Shown piece by piece: positions 44,801-50,613 of a stretch of 50,613 nucleotides of DNA. The DNA lies in assembly GCA_937892755.1 (NCBI GenBank), contig CALBHT010000027.1:1-50613 (forward strand). Direction: 5' to 3'. The notes beneath the pieces are model-generated. The model saw only the letters and a program-made list of their open reading frames with translations, searched no databases and was not told the origin of the DNA. A program made the translations under genes and the position numbers. How positions within the stretch are numbered: the first letter of the stretch is position 1; every line of letters starts with the position of its first letter. This stretch comes from an uncultured Bacillales bacterium (GTDB lineage Bacteria > Bacillota_I > Bacilli_A > RFN20 > CAG-826).

Positions 44801-45175
44801 TGCGTAACAACGCTTGGCTATGATGAAGGATGGAGCGTTCTTGCTACCTATCGCGATGAAAGCGGGAAAGAAATAACGGAGTTTTGCCCGACTTACAAAT
44901 TGGATGGCGGTTTTGTTGGTTTCTTAGCGCCTAAGGGCGAAGTAACATATTCTATGACGTATATGACACCGAAGCTTAAAACGGGCGTCGCTCTTTCTAT
45001 CACTGCCATCGTCCTCTATTTTGGTTATGAGCTAACCCTCTACTTCTTATGGAAAAAGAAGAAAATGGGTGCTGCTTCTCTTCGCGAAAATACTCCTGAA
45101 AAAGTAGCGGCGAAGCCAGTTGATTCCACTCAAGAGGCGACAAAAGAGCAAGATGATAAAACTAATCTTTCTTAA
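41870..45175 (+). CDS. YfhO-family polytopic membrane protein (putative glycopolymer glycosyltransferase)
   Basis: 1101 aa with about a dozen N-terminal TM helices and a large extracytoplasmic domain. It ends in a terminal TM (VALSITAIVLYFGYELTLYFLW) plus a charged tail, which is the architecture typical of YfhO. Confidence 0.68.
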   Translation: METTVSLEELRKKQENPFLGWIKKHTPWLLNWKSLFWFFVFVFALGILWMGYSLITNSGTQLYGWDYSSQYTQFAYRFYDEWHYFFKTGVFTLYDPSTFFGTDNIGSNSYYGLFDPFVFLCVLFPRQSVPQVFAFAACLKGAIGALTMRAYLRYMGVSEKSARVGATAFAYCGYLNFMVGFPSTVSMCLTVPLILLGIEKVIRERKPTTLILGLFLLGVISFFFLVVLCIFGVLYALWRFFWTIKKRNAKENWYVIGLGIASFALGLMLCAWTLLPSLRETSLSGRTISIGAAYLSSLKSAFSRFDVGAAFSLLFQMVGGNSSRELMGLVSFFYPTCNYLWLPLIRSTTDYAYDAWTASLFCYTPMVIFFIYQLIGTVHKKDWENIIGFTICAYFVFTTFAYYFFYAFTGDGYGRWFIVLVPLIIREACKGIDNIKKNPDWQLPLASLFACLMTVLTFLITKEALSGKQINWIGFSSYYYEEFNVPAIVNGNSLMWVVIYQICLTFIEVVVIYFLRNKNALHYVLTGFIAVEIIVSGNMSFAYGSSWSYARSYNGGEKNASLLLDATEHMNAQDNSFFRTYQEGTSEKNASMAFQYNGSSNFHSLFNYDVAELGRFSHIVGNERVYGPVYGEMITNKTWSGYYANKRADFDYAMGYKYYIIRNEGYGDWEKDESYAYNVPFDSKIIYQNERFRVYQSPYSNAFGHALDHVYSIKKVEDSSIANHSNFYRNSYGTDAYKEIARNEECYLNGAIFGEKDELPQGFSSIESPVTFSTYTNLTDSLTATKYTTKAGYGFHYEDPGSFLNDSSVWEKNPDTSATSIRYGQDDDKVVWKRVDGQYFNEDNNGAYFLLGYNSNARTRIYMIGDTFDEFGNLLKENALLNYEYWAVSNLITSGTSSYGGLYGFYAPGKVKAIVYCRKKEGNGTEVAPRPFLLKQERSVFDERFNRLSTNKEYALTDVTYSPNKFSFKSSFSSQRICVTTLGYDEGWSVLATYRDESGKEITEFCPTYKLDGGFVGFLAPKGEVTYSMTYMTPKLKTGVALSITAIVLYFGYELTLYFLWKKKKMGAASLRENTPEKVAAKPVDSTQEATKEQDDKTNLS

Positions 45176-46019
45176 GGGATAGAAATAAATCATAAACGCG
45201 GTTCTTCGGAATCGCGTTTTCTTTCACTATTTTAGCGATTGCTTCTTTGCTTTTCATCGTTTTGGTATATTGGCAAAGAAGCGATTTGATATCTTCATCA
45301 CTCATTTCCTTATCATTTTTCGTCTTCCCTGCGACGACGATTACCATTTCTCCAAGGAGCGTTTCAGGCTCGATATCCGCGAGTTCTCCCAAGGTTGCGT
45401 GAATGTATTCTTCATGTATTTTGGTTAATTCACGTGCTAGACACGCTTCACGATCCTTTCCAAACGAGTTCGCCAATGCGAGCAAGGTTTTTCCGATTCG
45501 ATGAGGCGATTCGTAAAATATGATGGTTTCTTTTCTTTCCTTAAGTTCGTTTAATTCACGAGACATTTCGCTTGCTTTTGCAGGTAAAAAACCTTCGAAA
45601 TAATAATGAGAGGTATCTAATCCGCTTGCAGCAAGAGCACAGATAGAAGCGCTTGGGCCGTTGATGACTGCCACTTTGATATTTTCTTTGATTGCTCGTT
45701 TGACGAGCCGACACCCAGGATCGCTTACCGTTGGGTAGCCAGCATCACTTACATAAGCGATTTTTTTGCCTTCTTTTAATAAAGAGATGATTTTATTGGC
45801 CGCTTCTTCTTCATTGTGCTCATGGCAGGATATCAATGGCTTTTTGATTTCGAACTTAGAGAATAACAGTCCTGAATTTCTGGTATCCTCGCAGGCGATG
45901 TAATCCATTTCTTTTAAGGTATTTTGTGCACGAAGAGAAAACTCCCCAAGATTTCCAATCGGGGTTGCCACTAGATAAAGAAGGGGTTGTTTCCCTTCGT
46001 AATTACCTTCACGAAACAC
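45162..46019 (-). CDS. rsmI: 16S rRNA (cytidine1402-2'-O)-methyltransferase
   Basis: LYLVATPIGNLGEFSLRA..IACEDTR..CHEHNE tetrapyrrole-methylase-like signature of RsmI. Confidence 0.9.
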   Translation of the reverse strand: MFREGNYEGKQPLLYLVATPIGNLGEFSLRAQNTLKEMDYIACEDTRNSGLLFSKFEIKKPLISCHEHNEEEAANKIISLLKEGKKIAYVSDAGYPTVSDPGCRLVKRAIKENIKVAVINGPSASICALAASGLDTSHYYFEGFLPAKASEMSRELNELKERKETIIFYESPHRIGKTLLALANSFGKDREACLARELTKIHEEYIHATLGELADIEPETLLGEMVIVVAGKTKNDKEMSDEDIKSLLCQYTKTMKSKEAIAKIVKENAIPKNRVYDLFLSLKKD

Positions 46020-46888
46020 TAATTCGCTCCTTGTGTAGCATCGTTTTTTTGCGAATGGGCTTTGTTTCTTTTCGCAAGATTATTGTATTCCTCTAACGGA
46101 ATAATTTTGACATCTAATGGATTTTCGAGTTTGACGGTTCTAGAAAGAATATTAAAACCGCTGATGGAATATTCTCCTTCTGGTAGGCGAATAACGGTAC
46201 CAATATAGGGGTAATCTTTCTTTGCTTCCGTGTACATGTCGTCTTCGTAAAGCAAACAGCAAATTAATTTACCACATGGACCGGATAATTTCGGGATATT
46301 CAAGGTGAGCATTTGATTTTTTGCACGCGAAATAGAAATGCCGTCGAATTCGTTAATGAAAGTGGAGCAGCATAAAGGGAGTCCGCAAATCGCAATACCG
46401 CCAACCATTTTCGCTTTATCCCTACTGGCGATTTGGTGGAGTTCGATACGGCAGTGGAGCTGAGGGGCTAGTAAGCGCAGGAGTTCGCGAAAATCAACAC
46501 GTGCATCGGAAGTATAAGTAATTGTGATTTTGCTGCCATCCAATGTGTAATTCGCACTTAGCAAATTCATTCCTAGTTTGAGACGGCGGACCTCCGTTTC
46601 CGTGATATCCAAGGCGATTTTCGCTTGTTTTTCGTAATAACGGTATTCATTGACGTCTTCGCTTGTCGCCTTCCTAAGGATAGGTTTTAGCGCCAAAGAG
46701 GAAGCGTAAATACTCGTTGGCATTTCCGCGCCAGCGATGGTTCCCATTTCAAGACCGGAAACTGTTTCCACAACGACGTAATCGCCAATGCGAAGATCAT
46801 CGAAATCCGTTCCGAAATAATACGCCTTGCTCGCGTTTGCGAGGCGCACGCCTACATAGTATTGATAATCGGTCGCTGCCATAAACAT
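46019..46888 (-). CDS. yaaT: PSP1-domain protein (RicT/YaaT)
   Basis: PSP1 C-terminal-type Cys-rich block CGLPLCC..CGKLICCL. It holds the conserved position between holB and rsmI. Confidence 0.82.
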   Translation of the reverse strand: MFMAATDYQYYVGVRLANASKAYYFGTDFDDLRIGDYVVVETVSGLEMGTIAGAEMPTSIYASSLALKPILRKATSEDVNEYRYYEKQAKIALDITETEVRRLKLGMNLLSANYTLDGSKITITYTSDARVDFRELLRLLAPQLHCRIELHQIASRDKAKMVGGIAICGLPLCCSTFINEFDGISISRAKNQMLTLNIPKLSGPCGKLICCLLYEDDMYTEAKKDYPYIGTVIRLPEGEYSISGFNILSRTVKLENPLDVKIIPLEEYNNLAKRNKAHSQKNDATQGAN

Positions 46889-47865
46889 TACTCCTTCGTT
46901 AATTCATTGGATAAGTGATCCAGCAAAAGAGCTGGAGATAGATTCAAATCTAATTCGCCCCTTGTTTGCAAAATTAGTTCTAAGCCTCTTTCTGGGTCTT
47001 TAATGATCTTTACGAGGGGCTTAAGCAAGTCATTATAGCAAGATAAAGCAATTTCTCCTCCATAGCGCATGGAAATCAAATCATGATAAGCTAGGGAGAG
47101 CATATCAAGGAAATAGCGGCACCCTTCTTTGTTAACGACTAGTTCCGTGACGTCCTTTTCAAAACGAAATACGCATTCCTCTTTAGGAGATGAGAGCGCT
47201 TGAAGAGCGACGAGGAATGCGCTTTTTGCTCGTACATAAGCGTCTGTACTCTTTTCGGCAGCGATAATATCGCCAGAGTTACAGAAATGGGCTAAGATTT
47301 CCGCGTCTCCTCGCTCGACACCGTTGGAAATGGCCTCTTCGATGACTTCGTTTGTCGGCAAAAGCAATAATCTCATGGTTTCGCAACGACTAATGATCGT
47401 TGGAAGAATACGGGCTGGATTTTGACTTGTTAATATCGCATAGCAATTATCTGTAGGTTCTTCCAAAAATTTGAGTAAAGCATTGACTGCTTCCGGTGTC
47501 ATATTCTCGACAAGATGAATGATGTAAACCATTACCCCTTTCACCTCATTTGGCGTTTTGGCGAAACCACTTACGATGTAAGAGACGTCGTCTTTCTTGA
47601 TGGAACCCTTTCTGCCATCTAAAAACAAAAGGTCCGTGTATAAGTTGTGTTCTACTCGTTCGCATGTGGCACACGACTCATCCGCAAGAGGATTGGCATG
47701 ATTGCAAAGAAGCGATTTGGCGATGAAATAAGCAGTTTCTTTTAACGGGGTTCCGCTTTCCCCAGCCAATAAATAAGCGTGCGAGATCTTATGACTAGAA
47801 AAAGCCTCGACAAGCGACTTGTAGAGCAAAGGCTGATGCTTTTCTAAAAATTGCGAGAAACGCAT
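46888..47865 (-). CDS. holB: DNA polymerase III delta' subunit
   Basis: HAYLLAGESGTPLKETAYFIAKSLLC, a Cys cluster C..CATCERV, and the conserved tmk-holB synteny. Confidence 0.85.
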   Translation of the reverse strand: MRFSQFLEKHQPLLYKSLVEAFSSHKISHAYLLAGESGTPLKETAYFIAKSLLCNHANPLADESCATCERVEHNLYTDLLFLDGRKGSIKKDDVSYIVSGFAKTPNEVKGVMVYIIHLVENMTPEAVNALLKFLEEPTDNCYAILTSQNPARILPTIISRCETMRLLLLPTNEVIEEAISNGVERGDAEILAHFCNSGDIIAAEKSTDAYVRAKSAFLVALQALSSPKEECVFRFEKDVTELVVNKEGCRYFLDMLSLAYHDLISMRYGGEIALSCYNDLLKPLVKIIKDPERGLELILQTRGELDLNLSPALLLDHLSNELTKE

Positions 47866-48485
47866 TATCGCTTGAGCCTCTTTAAAATTTCTTCGTATGC
47901 TTCTTCTGCGACAGTGGCAGGAGATTTGCTCGCGTCAATTCGAACGATTCGATTCGGGAACATTTCCATAAGTTTTTCAAAAGAATCGTAAACTTTTTCG
48001 TGAAAGGACATTTTTTCAACGTCAAGACGGTTGACCTCTCTTGAGGCGTTCGCTTCAATCCGTTTTAAACCATCTTCCGGTTTGAGCTCGAAAAAAATTG
48101 TAAGGTCAGGGAGCAAGCCATCCGTCGCATATTGGTTGAGCTCATATATTTTTTCAATGCCTAATCCTCTTGCTCCGCCTTGATAGGCTAAAGAAGAGTC
48201 GATGAAGCGATCGCTAATAACAATTTTGCCTAAGCGAAGTGCAGGGAGGATTTTTTCTTGAATGTGTTGACGGCGGCTTGCGGCGTATAAAAGTGCTTCA
48301 GCCATAGGATCCATATTTGTATTCTTTTTATCCAAAATAACGTTTCGGATTTCTTCGGCAATAGGGGTTCCACCTGGTTCGCGCGTCAAAACGACCTCGT
48401 ATCCGAGCTTCTCTAAACGCGGAACGATGGTTTTAATCGCGGTACTTTTTCCTGAGCCTTCTCCGCCTTCTAGTGAGATAAACAT
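47865..48485 (-). CDS. tmk: Thymidylate kinase
   Basis: P-loop FISLEGGEGSGKST, DRFIDSSLAYQG and a lid region. A TAATG overlap couples it to holB. Confidence 0.95.
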   Translation of the reverse strand: MFISLEGGEGSGKSTAIKTIVPRLEKLGYEVVLTREPGGTPIAEEIRNVILDKKNTNMDPMAEALLYAASRRQHIQEKILPALRLGKIVISDRFIDSSLAYQGGARGLGIEKIYELNQYATDGLLPDLTIFFELKPEDGLKRIEANASREVNRLDVEKMSFHEKVYDSFEKLMEMFPNRIVRIDASKSPATVAEEAYEEILKRLKR

Positions 48486-49082
48486 CTATAATTTCCTCCT
48501 TCCTTCAAACGCTTTTGATAAGGTGAGGGAGTCGGCATAATCGAGATTCGACCCCATCGGTAAACCATATCCTAAGCGGGTAACAAGCACACCTTTGCTT
48601 TCTAGCAATTTTGCGATGAATAAGCCGGTGGTTTGGCCGTCTAACGTTGGACTAATCGCAATAATGACTTCTTGGATTTTTCCAGCATCGACACGATGAA
48701 GCAAAGATTCGATGGCTAGATCACCGCTTCCAATGCCTTTTGAAGCGCTGATTAACCCTCCTAACACATGGTACAAGCCATGATACGTATTCATCTTTTC
48801 GATCGCGAGAGCGTCTTTATAATCGCTCACGACAACAATCGTACCATGGTCACGTGTTTCATCATCGCAAGAAGGGCAGGAATCGCCTTCCATATAAAGA
48901 CCACAAATAGGGCACTTATGAATTTTTGTGCCTACATCAATAATGGAACGAGAAAACTGTTCTTTCGCATCTTGGGGCAAATTCAAAACGGCGTAGGCCA
49001 TCCGCTCTGCAGATTTTGCCCCAACGCCAGGAAGCTTCGAAAAGCTGTCGATTAATGTTGCGATTGAAACGAGCTCTTTCAT
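48486..49082 (-). CDS. recR: Recombination protein RecR
   Basis: HhH N-terminus, C4 zinc finger CPICG..CPSC and a Toprim domain. Confidence 0.95.
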   Translation of the reverse strand: MKELVSIATLIDSFSKLPGVGAKSAERMAYAVLNLPQDAKEQFSRSIIDVGTKIHKCPICGLYMEGDSCPSCDDETRDHGTIVVVSDYKDALAIEKMNTYHGLYHVLGGLISASKGIGSGDLAIESLLHRVDAGKIQEVIIAISPTLDGQTTGLFIAKLLESKGVLVTRLGYGLPMGSNLDYADSLTLSKAFEGRRKL

Positions 49083-49088
49083 GAATAT

Positions 49089-49391
49089 TTAGAAAGGGAA
49101 GCCAGTTCTGCCAGTGATTTTCGATTCAATCTCGTCGGTGGCTTTTTGAATTTTTTCTAATCCTTCGTTTATCGCCATCACGATTGCTTCTTGGAGCATT
49201 TCCGCGTTTTCCGGGTCGAGCGCGTCTTTGTCGATGACAAGAGAAGAGATGGTTTTGTTGCCTTTCAAGGTAACTTCGACCATGCCGGCTTTTGTGATTT
49301 TGAATTCTTTCTCCGCAAGTTCATTTTGTGCTTTTGCGAGTTCGCGTTGCATTTTTTGGGCTTGCATGAGCATTTGCTGCATCTGATTCAT
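49089..49391 (-). CDS. ybaB: Nucleoid-associated protein YbaB/EbfC
   Basis: 100 aa. MQQMLMQAQKMQ.. at the N-terminus and its position between dnaX and recR fit YbaB. Confidence 0.9.
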   Translation of the reverse strand: MNQMQQMLMQAQKMQRELAKAQNELAEKEFKITKAGMVEVTLKGNKTISSLVIDKDALDPENAEMLQEAIVMAINEGLEKIQKATDEIESKITGRTGFPF

Positions 49392-49411
49392 ATTATTCTC
49401 CTTCTAAATTA

Positions 49412-50613
49412 TTATTTTGGTAAATTCACTGTGATTGAATACTTGTCTGGCAAGCGATTGACTTGCTGCAATGAATAGAAATAATTAAGCACTCTGCTTC
49501 TTTCGATTGGGTCAAGCGTATAGATAAATACTTTTCTCCCAAGTAATTGTCCAACCATTTCTTCTAATGTTTGTTGATTGGCTTTGAAATTTGCCTTATT
49601 TCTTAATTTGGTGAAATCGGTGACGAGGATCAGTGCCTCTTTCGATAAGCATAAAGGGTGGGTGCTAGAAAGAAGCGTTGCAAAAGGTCCTAAATTAGGA
49701 TCTTCTCGGAGACCTTCGAATTCTTTCCAGCTGGATACGAGTTTCGTTCTTTCTTGCTTGTTGCCAAGCACCATGATTTTCACGATTTCGTCATCAGCAA
49801 GCTCAAACATATCGCCTTCTATCGCGATGGGCAGCTTTTTGATTTTGTTTACTTGGATGTGGCTTGGAGTAGACACTGGTTTGCTCTCTTTTGGAGCAGC
49901 AGGCTTCATTGTTCCCTCTTTCTTCGGTTCATCTTCGAATAAGAAAGCAGGCGGCTCTTCAAGAGCTTGACCGTATTCATCATTTATAGAAGGGGCAGGA
50001 AGTGGTTCCTCTTTCTTCGGTTCAACTCGTTTTGGGGGTTCTGGAATACTCTTTGGCTCTTCCTGTTTTAAAACCGATTTCGGTTCTACGGGTTTTTCTA
50101 GAATCGTTGCCGTTTCTTTTTTGGAAGCTATTTCTTTTTTGGCCGCCACGTTTACGCTTTCGATTTTTGTTGGTATCGTTTCAGTAGTGGAAGCGAGTTT
50201 AATCAGACATAATTCAAATAAAGAACGCACGTCATTCACGTTTTTGTAGTTATTCTGTGTGGCGACAAATTCCAAAACCATTGACAATGCTTTCTGGGAT
50301 GTAAGGAGACCCGATAACGCTTTCGCGTCCTTTTCTCCCACTTTTACAAGCAAGGTGAAGTCATTCGTCTTCTGATAAACAATAATGTCTTTAAGGACCG
50401 CGATGATGTCGGAGGTAAGTCTACGAATATCGATGCCGCTGACACTATATTCTTTGACGCGATTCATTAAAGATGCGACATTGCCTGAAATCGTGTCACG
50501 CAATAACGCAATTTTTTCCTCTAAAGAGGCCAATCCGTATAATTCGAGAACGTCTTTTTCGCGAAGTTTATTTCCACTATAGGCAAGAACTTGATCCATA
50601 ATGGATAAAGAAT
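49412..50613 (-). CDS. dnaX: DNA polymerase III tau subunit, C-terminal part only (N-terminal ATPase lies beyond the window)
   Basis: The ORF stays open to the window edge. It shows domain III-like helices, then a P/E/K-rich linker and a C-terminal domain. It heads the conserved dnaX-ybaB-recR arrangement. Confidence 0.85.
   Translation of the reverse strand, partial: SLSIMDQVLAYSGNKLREKDVLELYGLASLEEKIALLRDTISGNVASLMNRVKEYSVSGIDIRRLTSDIIAVLKDIIVYQKTNDFTLLVKVGEKDAKALSGLLTSQKALSMVLEFVATQNNYKNVNDVRSLFELCLIKLASTTETIPTKIESVNVAAKKEIASKKETATILEKPVEPKSVLKQEEPKSIPEPPKRVEPKKEEPLPAPSINDEYGQALEEPPAFLFEDEPKKEGTMKPAAPKESKPVSTPSHIQVNKIKKLPIAIEGDMFELADDEIVKIMVLGNKQERTKLVSSWKEFEGLREDPNLGPFATLLSSTHPLCLSKEALILVTDFTKLRNKANFKANQQTLEEMVGQLLGRKVFIYTLDPIERSRVLNYFYSLQQVNRLPDKYSITVNLPK

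Noticed and set aside
50111-50145. dnaX programmed -1 frameshift (gamma subunit) at the A6 runs
   Set aside because: On the coding strand the runs read GCC AAA AAA GAA and TCC AAA AAA GAA, so the A AAA AAG heptamer is not in the required register. No downstream stem-loop is evident.
1-50613. Mobile elements, CRISPR arrays, tRNA/rRNA genes, alternative genetic code
   Set aside because: No integrase, transposase or phage-like ORFs were found, and no regularly spaced direct repeats. No intergenic region carries tRNA hallmarks. Several genes end in TGA (for example 37459-37461 and 34850-34852) and ORFs are intact under code 11, so Mollicutes-type TGA=Trp recoding is not supported.

Overview
This is a chromosomal, mostly core-genome window from a low-GC (about 40% by eye) Bacillota-type bacterium. 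It uses the standard code: TGA acts as a stop and all long ORFs are intact under code 11. I count about 44 protein genes. I found no rRNA or tRNA, no CRISPR array, and no transposase, integrase or phage genes. From left to right the window holds: (1) the 3' part of clpB; (2) a phosphorolytic cellodextrin/cellobiose locus, made of a GH94 cellodextrin-phosphorylase-like gene, a convergent lacI-SBP-permease-permease-orf-msmK operon and a divergent GH94 cellobiose phosphorylase, with three LacI-type palindromes and a cre box in the divergent control region; (3) an esterase; (4) a membrane-tethered XRE regulator divergent from two tandem GT8 glycosyltransferases; (5) a PIN-domain/lysine-rich protein plus an HEXXH lipoprotein; (6) a non-canonical dlt-like A-C-MBOAT-D cassette; (7) ybaK, an orphan ORF, a CIRCE-controlled hsp20, an M24 peptidase, a GH2 enzyme and a Cof phosphatase; (8) a putrescine pathway with a fused arginine decarboxylase-agmatine deiminase plus aguB; (9) mntP; (10) a long co-directional block of 5'-nucleotidase lipoprotein, patatin, RluA-family synthase, tandem-DUF1538 membrane protein, tandem PII-like protein and YfhO-family protein; (11) convergent to that block, the conserved rsmI-yaaT-holB-tmk-recR-ybaB-dnaX cluster, with dnaX cut by the window edge. 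Nothing resembles a classical defence island. The items most worth follow-up are the DUF1538/PII-like pair, the atypical dlt-like cassette, the SpeA-AguA fusion and the PIN/lysine-rich protein. All functional calls rest on motifs read in the translations and on remembered family signatures. No database search was possible.
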